A stretch of DNA of 64,000 nucleotides from Eledone cirrhosa (GCA_964016885.1 OZ024740.1:40982001-41046000), one strand, 5' to 3'; counted from the first letter of the stretch, positions 1 through 12,247 are shown. Made by a program: numbers and translations. The notes: generated from the sequence alone by a model not told the origin.

Positions 1-1338
1 AAACTGTGGTTGTCTGTCTGTCTATCGATTTTTGGCACACATCTCCTCTTAGAATCTCTCACGGAATTGCACCGAAATTGCTATACTTGTACATTGAGCC
101 CTAGCGAAGACATCGGAAAAAAAAATTTCAAATTGACCCACCCTATGTGACGAAATCGAATATAATGTATCGATTTTTGAGCGTAAGTGATCAGTTATTT
201 CCCTTTGTTCTGTTTACATTGAGCGTCTTACGTAAAAAATTACGCTGGCTTTAACAGCTGTCGAGCCAGCAAAATATTGACCTGCAAAATTCATCAGTTC
301 GAACACTAAGCTTCCGTTTTGCTTCATTTCCATTTAAAAGCATTTTAAAACAATATTTTTACTTGAAAACAAGCCTATTTAAAGACTACGTAAAACAAGC
401 AAATATTTCGTCGTTAGGCGTGCAGACAGACAGTCGTGCAGACAGACAGTCGTGCAGAGAGGTGATATACGCGTGCAGACAGATAGTCGTGCAGAGAGGT
501 GATATAGGCGTGCAGACAGACAGTCGTGCAGAGAGGTGATATAGGCGTGCAGACAGACAGTCGTGCAGAGAGGTGATATAGGCGTGCAGACAGATAGTCG
601 TGCAGAGAGGTGATATAGGCGTGCAGACAGACATAACTGATAATTTGGTTACGCTAATGTTTTTCTCTGCGTTGCAGTGTTTACATTTTCGATCTTTGTT
701 AATAAATAACCAGTGCAGTTTCTATCCCCAGCATCCTCTTTTGTTATAACATTCGGGTTATCGTTATGTTTTCTTAACTTCATAAGGCATACCTGCAAAA
801 TTCATCAGTTCGAACACTAAACTTCCGTTTTGCTTCATTTCCATTTAAAAGCATTTTAAAACAATATTTTTACTTGAAAACAAGTCTATTTAAAGACTAC
901 GTAAAACAAGCAAATATTTCGTCGTTAGGCGTGCAGACAGACAGTCGTGCAGACAGACAGTCGTGCAGAGAGGTGATATACGCGTGCAGACAGATAGTCG
1001 TGCAGAGAGGTGATATAGGCGTGCAGATAGACATAACTGATAATTTGGTTACGCTAATGTTTTTCTCTGCGTTGCAGTGTTTACATTTTCGATCTTTGTT
1101 AATAAATAACCAGTGCAGTTTTTATCCCCAGCATCCTCTTTTGTTATAACATTCGGGTTATCGTTATGTTTTCTTAACTTCATAAGGCATATTGTTGGTT
1201 GAGGAAATATTAATCAAAAACACCACATGCAAGTCTGCACAGTAGACACTACAGTTTTTAAGCCAAAAAAGAAACTTAACATTGTAACTTTAACACAGCT
1301 ACTGAGCGACCCCGAGCAACGCCGGGCTTTACTGCTAG
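1..1338 (+). mobile_element. Non-autonomous Helitron (Lep1/DINE-like), 5' end probably just outside the window
   Basis: (GTCT)n near the start. 3' hairpin CCCGAGCAACGCCGGG (1311-1326), then CTAG (1335-1338) followed by T. The same hairpin occurs on the minus strand at ~15376-15391. Confidence 0.7.
280..1190. repeat. Tandem duplication (280-790 and 791-1190) containing a 37-bp minisatellite
   Basis: Both copies start ACCTGCAAAATTCATCAG and end CATAAGGCAT. The 111-bp length difference equals 3 units of GTCGTGCAGAGAGGTGATATAGGCGTGCAGACAGAYA. Confidence 0.9.
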
Positions 1339-1619
1339 TATACTATATCGTCTTCCCTGATACATGGATTCACGTTAGCTCGTAGCAGCTAATAATTTAA
1401 TGTACGGATATTTTCATGTCATAAATTTTATTACTCAGTGTTCAAATCGAATATTGTTATTATAAAATAAACATTGTTAACAACTCAATCATGGCATTAT
1501 TCTTTTCATCAAAACTATCATACAAAGAATACAACTAATCCGTTACAAACAAATAATTTCTTTTCAGAAAACATTTTTGTAGGACAAAATATATAAATAA
1601 TTTTGTTTTTATGATTGGA

Positions 1620-2880
1620 TACTGCGGAAGTGACGGAGGATCGTCCTCTGGAGAGACAAGGAAGAGGGGTGGTAGGTAAGGGGGAATGGTAATTGGTTGG
1701 GAGGAGGGGGCGCTGGTATGATGTGAGGGCAGTGGTATGGTCGACTTTCCGGGTACGGGTGAGGGTGGCTTGGACCAGTGTAGGCGGGTATCCTCGTTTC
1801 AAAATCATGGGTTCGATTGCACAGGCCGAATCGAGTGAGGGAATGAGGTGCAGTCGAGGTGAGGGAGGAGTCAGTGGGTTTAAAGAAAGTGGAGGTGATA
1901 AGGGAACGATAAGAGGGTTCAATGGGAAATAGAAATGTCCAGGAAGGGGATAGAAACGGCGGAGATAGAGGTGGTTAAGACAACGGTGGGGTGGAAAGAG
2001 AAGAGGAAAGAGAAGAAGAAAGAGGTAAAAGGGTGGAGCTGCTCTCGGGTGAGTGAGATGGAGCCGATGCAGTCGTCGAGATAACGAGATATAGCTCGGG
2101 ATGGGGCTAGTGTATTGGGCAAAGATTTGGGCCTCAACGTAGCCTACTAATAGGTTAGCGTAGTTGGGACCCATTCTTGTGCTCACGATCACCTCTGTTA
2201 CCTGTTGGTAAAAATCACCACTGAACTGGAAAGTCGAAGCAGTCGAAGGGGTGGAGAGCATTATTGGTGTCAAAGATGGAGGCCAGGTAGTAGTGGTGCA
2301 AGGATGCGGAGAGGAGTTCAGTGGGGTAGTTACAGGCAGAAACGATGGGGGAGCCTGGGGTATCAGGTCTGTGTGTTTTGCGGAGGAAGTAGATGGTGTA
2401 GGTGCGGGATGTGCAGACGATGAGGTTGGTGGCAATGCGGGTGATAGGAGTAAGAAGGCAACGAGTTGCTGGAAGGTGGAAGATATTTGTTACTGGTAGC
2501 GAGGGAATCAGAGGGCAGGAGGCGGTAGAAGAGGAGTTGCGGAGCTGTCATAGTGTCTTTTAGAGGTCTGTGGCGCCACATAATCACGGCATCCTTCTTG
2601 TCTGCCTTTTTGATGACGCAGTCGTCATGGCTCCAGAGGGCGGCGAGTTCGGTTCAGGAGATATTGCTCCACTAGGAGCGTTTATAAAATTTGAATCGGT
2701 TCGTGACGCTATAGCAGGGGGCGACGAATATGTCCAAAGTGCTGAATTGTCCAGGGGGTGGAGTCCAATGAGATGGCCCAGGTCCAGGCTCAAGAAGCAG
2801 TTCAGATCATTCGGAGCCGGTGTGTGCCACGGAGATACGCCTAGAATCTTGTGCAGCGTAGGAACCGTTCAATATCCATT
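1620..2880 (-). mobile_element. Degenerate Penelope-like element RT fragment
   Basis: Frameshifted PLE motifs: IIKKADKKDAVIMWR, FQFSGDFYQQV...MGPNYANLLVGYVE, RYLDDCIG, KRGYP. Confidence 0.8.
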
Positions 2881-2914
2881 CAAATACGAAAATTATCGTT
2901 ATATGTTGTGTGGG

Positions 2915-2966
<52 letters not shown>

Positions 2967-3505
2967 GGAAAAATGAAACGAAATTTCATTTCTCACTCTT
3001 AGTACGGCTGTTACTTAAATATAAGTATGTATACGTACATATATGTATACAGACGTACAGTAGTATGTATATATATATACATACATGCACACATATATAT
3101 ATATGTACGTATGGATTCACCGAACATTTATTATAATGCTCGGTGTGTTTGTAAACAAACATCCCGAATTAAGCCGTACAGTGTCTAGCAACCATCGTTG
3201 CTCATTTGTTCAACACTGACAAAGGAACGCTGTACTAGTTTCAAGCTTATTAGCTATCGTCAGCAACGTATACCTTCCTGCCAGATATATATATATGTTG
3301 TATTATTTTGTACCAAATCAAAGGTTTTTATTCAATCTAAGAATAATATAGAAAGAGTCAATAAGAGAAGAAATTAGTATGGGTCAACAATACAACAAAC
3401 AGGAACAGAACGAATACAACGAATAATAATAAAAAGGAATCAAATCAAAGAGAAGAAAGTGATGCTATAAAACAAATCATATCATCACATTCTTTCCCTC
3501 TAGCG

Positions 3506-4229
3506 TTAATCGTTGTATCGCATTGGCCTCACTACTAAGCGTCCTCGGCGTGTTCTTTGTTGTTGGGGTGTGTTATTCGAGGTTAAGAATGTGTCAGAAG
3601 ATTCATCATCGTCGAATTCAGCACTCTCTGTAGGATTGTTATCGGCGGTAGATGTCATACTTTCGTTCCCAACGGCCACAGGTGTAGATATTGCTGTTGG
3701 TTGAGTTAAATTGGCGCCTTTTGTGGAGTTATTATTCTGAGACTCCGATGTTGTTGAATTTCCATTGTTTTGTGGTGATGCTGCTGGTGCGAGATTTGTA
3801 GTTGAGACTGTGTCTATTCTTCCACTATTAAATTGTACTTTGGCAAAGTGGGGTGAGATCGTCTCGATGAGGTGAATGTTTTCCGTGAGATCATCACCTT
3901 TATTCCTTATGTGACGTCGATGTAGCACGATTGTGCCCGGTTTATTTAGAAACTCTGGTATTTCTGTGCCGTTGTTTGTCGATCTGGTGAATGAAAATAC
4001 TCTTTCATGTGGTGTGGCGTTTGTAGCAGTGTAAAGCAATCCTCGGATAGACGACAGAGCGATTGGAATCATGTTACTCCATTCATTTTTATTATCTTCA
4101 ATGCCAGACTTATTGCTTTGCATATTGTGCCGTTAACTCTTTCGCATTGACCGTTGGCTTGGAGTCGATATGGCGTGGTGTGGCTTTTTATAATGTTATT
4201 ACTCCATAAGAAATCTTTGAGTTTTTGTG
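3506..4229 (-). pseudogene. Gypsy integrase C-terminal half
   Basis: KLKDFLWSNNIIKSHTTPYRLQANGQCERVNGTI, then WSNMIPIALSSIRGLLYTATNATPHERVF and a GPY/F-region-like tail. Confidence 0.85.
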
Positions 4230-5072
4230 ATTTTATGTGAATTGACATAAATTGTTAAAAGGTTTGTATTATGATTCACGGAAGCAAGTTTATAGCAGGC
4301 AGCAAGATTACTGCCATCATAGGCTTCATCTGGGCCCTCGTTATTATTCAAGACTGCTGCGTGTTTTATCTTCTTTAGTACCTTCTTATTTTTAATAAAA
4401 CATACTGTTGCGCAGTGGCCTTTCTTGTGGCAGAAATTGCAAGTTGAATTTTTTGAAGGGCAGTCTGATTTTTGGTGATATGAACCACCACACCAGAAAC
4501 ATTTTGATGAAGAAGCAGCGAATACGGGTTGTGATGGCGGTTTTATTGTTGTTGTTGACAGATTTTGTACGTCTTCTATTGCCAGTTCTAATGTGAGAGC
4601 AGTTTGGAATATTTTATCTAGATTTTCGTCAGGTGATTCCAGAAGTTGTTGTTTTATGGTGGCGGATTGAACACCCGACACGAACGCATCACAAATCAAC
4701 AATTGTCTATGTTGTTCCCCTGTTAGGGGTTTAGTGGGGAATTTCTTTGCGAGGGCTTTTAATTCAGTCATGTAGGCCTCCAATGATTGCCCTTCTTGTT
4801 GACGATGGTTGCGTAGTTTATATCAGGGTCATTATTGCAGAGCCTTTCTTTTGAAATTTATTATCAAGAATGGATAACGCCTCATCGAATGATGTTGCTT
4901 CTCCAATGAGAGTATAAACATTGGCTCCGCAAAGAACCAGAAGGACTGACAGCTTACTTTCGTCAGGAACAGACAAGTTTTCCAAATAGATCGCCAACAT
5001 TCTCTTCCAGTAGACATAATCGGATTCACTAGGATCATCCGGAAGAATTTTCTTGAATATTTTCGGATCCAT
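4230..5072 (-). pseudogene. gag: Gypsy gag (frameshifted) with two zinc knuckles
   Basis: MDPKIFKK...YWKRMLAIYL; CFWCGGSYHQKSDC and CNFCHKKGHCATVC knuckles. Confidence 0.85.
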
Positions 5073-5107
5073 GATTGAATAAAATTGTTGTATTATTTTT
5101 ACCAAAT

Positions 5108-5290
5108 GGTAGATTGGCAGTATCGGTAGAGGGTCGGACGCCATGCTTTCCAGCATAGTTACGTCCCTTTACGATCTGAGTTCAAATCCCGCCGAGGTTG
5201 ACTTTGCTTTTCATCCTTACGGGGTCTATAAAATAAAGTACCAGTAATGCACTGGATAATTGCTGGCCTTGTGCCTAAAGCAGAAACAAT
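5108..5290 (+). mobile_element. tRNA-derived SINE (family A) inserted in the Gypsy 5' LTR
   Basis: A-box-like TGGCAGTATCGGTAGA and B-box GAGTTCAAATCC. Approximately 16-bp TSD ATTATTTT(G)TACCAAAT. Confidence 0.9.
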
Positions 5291-5474
5291 TATTTTGTAC
5301 CAAATCAAAGGTTTTTATTCAATCTAAGAATAATATAGAAAGAGTCAATAAGAGAAGAAATTAGTATGAGTCAACAATACAACAAACAAGAACAGAACGA
5401 ATACAACGAATAAGAATAAAAAGGAATCAAATCAAAGAGAAGAAAGTGATACTATAAAACAAATCATATCATCA

Positions 5475-5530
<56 letters not shown>

Positions 5531-5538
<8 letters not shown>

Positions 5539-7279
5539 TAAAATAACAGATTAAAGTTTAAGCAAAGAATCGCTGCTTTCACCCTTAACGGGATCTTCTG
5601 AAACTGACAAAATCAATCTGTAAACGCAGAAGTGAATATTTCAAAAAACGTTGGAACCGGAGGAAGACAGGAAGACGATACTTTGGTTTGTGGAAACTTT
5701 CCCTGGCAAAGAACGGGAAAAAACGAATATAATACGTCATTATTTGGAGCGGTGAAAAACAATTGCACGCAAAGACAAAACCACGTAAATGGTATAACTG
5801 AAGTCGTAGACTAAAATTCTATGCCCCCTATCCGGGAAATGCCTCTCTAGTAAAATTGTCTACAACTGTAAGGTTGAAACACCCACGTCCCGTAGGGCCT
5901 ACATAGGGTTAACCGCCAATAGATTCAAGCAGCGTCTTTACATGCATACCCATTCTTTTCGTTACCCTCTAAGAAGGAATATGACGTCACTTTCAGCTTA
6001 TATCTGGAGTCTAACAGACAACCACACCCAATATAAGTTACACTGGGAGATCCTAGCGAGGGCTAGATCGTATAACGGAAATAAAAGACCATGTGACCTC
6101 CATGGAAATACTCTACGCCACAGACCACATCTTAAACAAAAAATCTGAGGCAATTTCGGCTTGTAAGCATACATTGCACAACATTTTCCTGTATTACAGC
6201 CCCACATTATACCCTAACGGATAGTACGATCTATACGCGGATATTTTACGTCTTGATGTGGTAGCTAAGTATATGTTATGTTTATACTATTACTTATTTG
6301 CATAGGTAAGTATATATTACCTGTATGTTTTGCGAAGGTACGTATACTTTCTTGTACGTATATTTGATTGTATATGTTATGGCGTATATTTTATATATTC
6401 TGGTACATATGCTTTTGGTTATGTGTATACGTGAGTTTTGCGTCTGTGCGAGTATGCGGGTTCGTACGTGTGTAGGGTGTGTGAATATGTGTACTTCGTG
6501 TTTTGGTTGACGTTGGTATCCGAACATTTGTGTATTTACATGTAGGTATGTGTGTGCGCGTATTTAGTTATTTATATACGTTTATTTAATTATTTGTATA
6601 TACGCACACACACACACATATTTATATGTGCGTGTATGTGTATACCTATGGCGAGTATTTCCGCGTATGCTTGTGTATGTACGTATTTGGATGCGTGTAT
6701 GTATTTATTTAATTTTAATTACTTTATTCTTAACTCTGTAGCGGAGAATCATTCAGTTTCCTAGTTAGAATTTTAGTCTACGACTTCAGTTATACCATTT
6801 ACGTGGTTTTGTCTTTGCGTGCAATTGTTCTCCACACTCCACATATGACGTACTATCTTCGCTTTTTCCGTTCATTGCCAGAGAATGTCTCTATGAACCA
6901 CCTAAGTGAATATTAGTCTACGACTTCTTTTATACCATAAACGTGGTTCTGTCTTTGCGTGTAATTGTTTTTCACCGCTGCCAATAATGACGTATTATAT
7001 TCGTTTTTTCCCGTTCTTTGCCAGGGAACGTTTCCACGAATCAAAGTATCGTCTTCCTGTCTTCCTCCGGTTGCAACGTTTTTTGAAATATTCACTTCTG
7101 CGTTTACAGATTGACTTTGTCAGTTTCAGAAGATCCCGTTAAGGGTGAAAGCAGCGATTCTTTGCTTAAACTTTAATCTGTTATTTTAATAAATATTTGC
7201 TCTACGGTTCTTATATATTTGATATATATTTATCCTAATCGAGCCCTCTTTGGATTTTAGTCTTCAAATTTATTATTAT

Positions 7280-7283
<4 letters not shown>
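5531..7283 (+). mobile_element. 5'-truncated Naiad-like Penelope element with inverted pseudo-LTR copy
   Basis: GIY-YIG C-terminus CPLSGKCLSSKIVYNCKV...YIGLTANRFKQR...TSLSAYIW...CDL at ~5821-6230. 5531-5820 is the reverse complement of ~6913-7197. Flanked by (TA)n. Confidence 0.88.
7107..7180 (+). ncRNA. Type I hammerhead ribozyme, U4A core variant, in pLTR (copies 5547-5620 -, ~15537-15610 -, 51271-51344 -, 52619-52692 +)
   Basis: AGTTT-CAGAAGA-T-CCC gttaa GGG-T-GAAA-GCA gcgattctt TGC-TT-AAACT; stem I extended by CAGATTGA/TTAATCTG. Confidence 0.65.
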
Positions 7284-7333
<50 letters not shown>

Positions 7334-8265
7334 AATCAGGAAAGAAGATTGACATGGTTTGCTATACAAAAAAGGTTTTTCATCTCATTGCTGACAATTG
7401 TTTCTCTGAACTGGTAGGTCTAGAGATCGCTATTCGCTTGTTTTCACGTTACTCGATCGCCAATACAAAATTATAACCAGTCAGTTCTTCGGAGCATGCG
7501 AGAATGAAGAGAATATACAGGCATGAAAGGAATATACAGGCTACTATATGAAGTAGTAATGGCATTCAGTTAGAACAATAACAACAATTACAACAATGCT
7601 ATTAATAAATTATTTGAGGAGACCCTGACATTACATTAGGTGGGGGGTATAGTGTATCTAAGATTTCGGCGTGTAAAACTAGCTGACATGAAGCAGAAGT
7701 AAAAGTTTGGCATGTACGGAGTATCGTAGAGTGTATTGTATCAATTTTAAATTTTAAAGATAAGCCGGTGTTTACAGTCTTTCTTTTCATCTTCAATAAC
7801 ATACATGAATGGGACAACACTGTCAAAGCTAAATAGTGGGCGAGTTAATACAAAGGTTAAGGAGGTAATATACACATATATATATACACATATATACATA
7901 CACATATACACACATATATATATATATATATATACACACGCATGTGTACATAGACACATACATACACATCAATATACACTCGTACAAAAATATACATACA
8001 TGCAAAGAGATAAGCGTGCTGATTATAATTATGGCAAAAGGAAGGTAAAGTTACATTGTAGTAGTGATTTGAGAAATACTTGGATTTAGGATCAAGTGAT
8101 AGCAGCAGCTGAGAAGGAATAAGTTTGTGGGTTGATGAGGTACTTACAGACATTTGTGTGGTATAGACTTGTGAAGGCTAGAGTGTACTTAATGAGTATA
8201 TTTCTGTGGTGATTTATGCAGGGTAGTGGGTATCCTAGTTTAAAGCTATGTTGTGTTGGTTCGAT

Positions 8266-10791
8266 TCACGGAGGTTTGAATTTTATGAATTTAGTGGCAA
8301 TTCTATGTCTGCAGAAGATAGATCTTTCTAACTTATTGTTAAGTAGCCTTTTTACATTTTTGAGGATATACATTAGTTCTAGATCACATAGCCCGCAGTG
8401 GGACATACCTGTACTATAGGTTTTAGCAGCCGACAACTTCGACCAGTTAATACTGTAGTTAGTGCTGCTGTCCTTCAGTTCCCATATTTTTTTGGCGAGG
8501 GTTGTGGACCCATAAGTGCACGGTTTTTCATTGAGTGTCTGTGTACATACCATCTTTTTTTAAAAGAACCCGCGGTGGATCCTATGTAATTCCAGGTGGA
8601 GTTATCCGAGATGACCGTGCACATGTATACTAGGCTCGAATCGAGACATCTGTTCGCCAATGGGCACCTATCTGGTAGGTGACAGTTACAGTTTGAGGCG
8701 CTATTTTGTGCAGCTTCTACACTCCTGTTTAGTACTCTGTTATAAGTGGGTTGTGATATATGCCCATTGGGGTTTTGCTGCTGCGCGTTTGTATGCGCTT
8801 GCGGTTGTGATGTTGTGATGTGTTTATGCTTATAATTTGGTGCTACGTTATGCATAGGTGCTGTTGATTTACTAGAGATATTTCTGTGGTTGATCCTGCG
8901 TATGTGTGCTTCTATATTTGCTGCTGTCGAGTATGAGAGTTTTATAGTAAATCTATTGAGTATTTTGTGATATCTATGTGAGATAGGGAAGTGTTTATCT
9001 ATTAGTTTAAAGAATGTAGAGGGCAGTCTAGTTTTTATAGAGGAGTTGAAGATTGGGTTGAACCATAGGTATTTTCTTTGTCTGTTTCTTCTATTGTTTC
9101 TTGAGTTTACGTTATTAGTGTTTTGACCGTTTACTCTGGGTGTTACATGTCTAACCCTATGTCTAGTCCAGCTATTTCTATTATTGTGTGAGCAGTTGGT
9201 GTAGTAGTTACTAGGATTGTTTACGTTGTCTTTATTCACTATATACTGCAGTTTATCTTTATGACCGGCCCTACTTAATGCTGCATTATAATAGTCAGCA
9301 TGTTCGTTAAAGATTTCTAGGTTAGAGGATAAGCGGGATATTCGGAGGGATATACTACGTGCTATGGATCTGATTATGGATTTGGGGTGGTTTGAGTTGT
9401 AACTAATGTAGGCAAGATTTTCATTATTTTTGTGGAAAGGTTCTATTAATCCCGTATTTAGATTTAGTCACATCTAGAAAGTTTACCTTCTTATGGTTCA
9501 GTTCGTAGGTAATACTTAGGCCTAGTTTTTTGAAGAATATTCTAATATTTTTTCTTAGTCTTTCCATGCTCTGGTTGTTTAGGTTCCTAGCTATAAGTAG
9601 CGTGTCGTCCCTATAAATTCCTCCTTGGCGGTTACTGAATTCCTTATGTAGGTTGTGTGCTATGAATAGCCCCACGATATCTGTGATTTGCGCAGAGTCA
9701 TTTGATCCCATTGTTATATCGAAGCTATTTATCCTATCTTTTCTTACCCAGTAGCTATTTTCAAATTTTATGATAGTCCTTCTAGCCGCTATTATTATTT
9801 CAATTTCATCATGGGTAAGATCAGAGTTATTTTGGGCAAATATAAGCGCCTTATCTAGGGTAGCTGGGGATATGGATGCATAGTAGTCGTCTATATCAAA
9901 TTGTATGAAGTTACACGTCTCCCTATTTTGTATTTTATTGAACCATTTAATTGCCTCGTTAGTGTTGCCCCATAAATTGATTTCTAGTTTAGCCTTTATT
10001 TGTACGATTACCCTATCTAGAATGTTCTTGATAATTTTACCTATGTCTAACTTGGATGGGCATATTAATTTAATGGTGGGGTTAGTTTCAAAATTATTTT
10101 TGTGATCCTTCAGGTTAAATGTTGGGTTGCACGGGGTTAGCGGTTCGGTCCTATCGGGAATTCCGAGTTTATTAACTATCTTGAGGCCCTCCACGTTAAT
10201 GCTGGTGAGTGTAGATTCATTTGTTTTTTTATATTTTTTATGTAGTTCACGCTGGATAAAGCTATTGTATGTGTTAATGTCCATAGAGTATACGTTTGAT
10301 GTTTTGTCTGCTTTTACTATGATACCGTTAGTGTCTTTTAGTTTTTTTAGTAGTGTATTTAAGTCATTTTGTAATTTGTTGTGATTTGTTCCTTTTTAAA
10401 ATTTAGTTTCACTTATCATGTTCATAAGGTCCAGCTCGAAGGCATCGAGTGCGGGGTTGTTTGGCGGGTTTTTGCAGGATTTAAACCCGTAATTCTCCTT
10501 AGAAAATTCCTTTGCGTTGGTATTCGGTCCCTTATCGAAATGGTAAGCTTTCCATCGGACCCTGCAGATGAAATCATTAGTCCGTCGTATCATGCCCAGT
10601 GTATAGTCCTTTTTTGTAGGTATATGTTTTTCGGTGACATACCTATACGGTGCTTCTCCATGTTGTTGCCGTGCGTTAATGGTGTTGCTCGACCAGGTGG
10701 GAGCTAAATATACGGGGTGCCAAATAATAGTTATATGCAGTCCACTTAGGTGTAGTCCAGTTATGGTATTCCGGGTAGTGGATGATATCAA
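8266..10791 (-). pseudogene. Penelope RT-GIY-YIG polyprotein (frameshifted)
   Basis: RVRWKAYHF; QFDIDDYYASI; FDITMGSNDSAQITDIVG; GIYRDDTL; VNFLDVT; WFNP; CNC...CPLANRCL; VYMC...YIGST...FKKR; CGLC. Confidence 0.92.
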
Positions 10792-10990
10792 CGCTTGGCT
10801 TGGTTTGACTCAACAAGGCGTTTTCATAGTGATGTTGCGAGTATGCTGTAATTCCTATGTTGTAAACACTTGGAGTAATAATAAATAGCATTGTTGTAAT
10901 TGTTGTTATTGTTCTAACTGAATGCCATTACTACTTCATATAGTAGCCTGTATATTCCTTTCATGCCTATATATTCTCTTCATTCTCGCA

Positions 10991-11098
10991 TGCTCCGAAG
11001 AACTGACTGGTTATAATTTTGTATTGGCGATCGAGTAACGTGAAAACAAGCGAATAGCGATCTCTAGACCTACCAGTTCAGAGAAACAATTGTCAGCA
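10991..11098 (+). ncRNA. Type I hammerhead ribozyme (U4C core, long stem II insertion); sense-strand copy at 7389-7496 (-)
   Basis: TGCT-CCGAAGA-A-CTGACTGGT...ACCAGTTCAG-A-GAAAC AATT GTC-AGCA. Confidence 0.7.
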
Positions 11099-11352
11099 AT
11101 GAGATGAAAAACCTTTTTTGTATAGCAAACCATGTCAATCTTCTTTCCTGATTTATTATTACTCCAAGTGTTTACAACATAGGAATTACAGCATACCCGC
11201 AACATCACTATGAAAACGCCTTGTTGAGGCAAACCAAGCCAAGCGTTGATATCATCCACTACCCGGAATACCATAACTGGACTACACCTAAGTGGACTGC
11301 ATATAACTATTATTTGTTACCCCGTATATATATATATATATATATATATATA

Positions 11353-12247
11353 CGAGGTGGGTCAGAAAAGTTCCAGGACTGATGTCACAAAAGATTTATT
11401 TCAAACCCAAACTTCACACTAAGAGTTTTCTCCTTCAAAGTAATCCCCTGGAGTCTAATGCACTTTTCCACCCTTTTGTGCCACGCTTGCATGCACTCCC
11501 GGAAGAATTCTTTCGGGATCCTCCGCAGTTCCGTCGTCACGGCCTTTTTGATGTCGTCCACATCTTGAAAACGGGTCCCCTCCGGGTCGTACTCGAAGAT
11601 CCATGACTCATCACCGGTGATGACTGTCCCTAGCAAGTCTGGTTCGGTTTCAAGACGCTCGAGGATGTCCTGGCACACTTGCATGCGTCGACCCTTCTGG
11701 TCATCGTTCAGCAGTTTTGGCACCATCTTTGTGCAGACTTTCCGCATGTCCAAATCTTCAGTGAGAATCTTCCAGACGCTGTCCCGATTCGTGCCCAGCT
11801 CATTTGCCATCAGTCGAACAGTCAGCCGACGATCGCTACGCACCATCTGCCTGACGCGCTCAACGTTGACCCCAGTCCTGGTTATTGAGGGCCTTCCGCT
11901 CCTGGGGTCATCTTCCACGTCCTCGTGTCCTTCTTTAAACCTCTTGCACCACTCAAAAACACGTGAGCGTGACATCGTCTCATCTCCATACACTTGCTGC
12001 AGCAATCCCAGTGCTTCTGACGGAGTTTTCAAGTTTGGTCGTTGCTCTGTGCTCATTGCTTGACGACCTGAAACAGAGGACATGTATATAAAATTATGAA
12101 GAAAAAAGTTTGATCGCTGCAGAGAGCTAAGATTACAGTTATATACTCCAGAGGGATTACTTTGAAGGAGAAAACTCTTAGTGTGAAGTTTGGGTTTGAA
12201 ATCAATCTTTTGTGACATCAGTCCTGGAACGTTTCTGACATACCTCG
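11353..12247 (-). mobile_element. Internally deleted mariner transposon with ~100-bp inverted ends
   Basis: TA TSD; ends CGAGGT...ACCTCG. HTH region VYGDETMSRSRVFEWCKRFKEG...DDPRSGRP; KMVPKLL; ITGDESWIFEYDPE, then a deletion of the rest of the catalytic core. Confidence 0.93.

Larger units (their letters stand above)
3296..5476 (-). mobile_element. Internally deleted Ty3/Gypsy LTR retrotransposon
   Basis: TG...CA LTRs at 3296-3489 and 5086-5476 (the latter interrupted by a SINE). PPT GAGGGAAAGAA (minus strand, ~3490-3500). Gag and integrase C-terminal remnants present; no recognisable PR/RT/RH. Confidence 0.92.
7328..11326 (-). mobile_element. Near full-length Naiad-like Penelope retroelement with inverted pLTR
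   Basis: Frameshifted RT + GIY-YIG ORF (8266-10791). 7328-7603 is inverted at ~10885-11160, and 10710-10887 is inverted at ~11150-11326. (TA)n on both sides. Confidence 0.93.

Noticed and set aside
5108-5190. tRNA genes at SINE heads
   Set aside because: A/B boxes present but no cloverleaf; followed by SINE body and TSDs.
8266-10791. Selenocysteine recoding in the Naiad-like ORF
   Set aside because: Breaks look like frameshifts; conserved Cys positions are ordinary Cys codons; no SECIS identified by eye.
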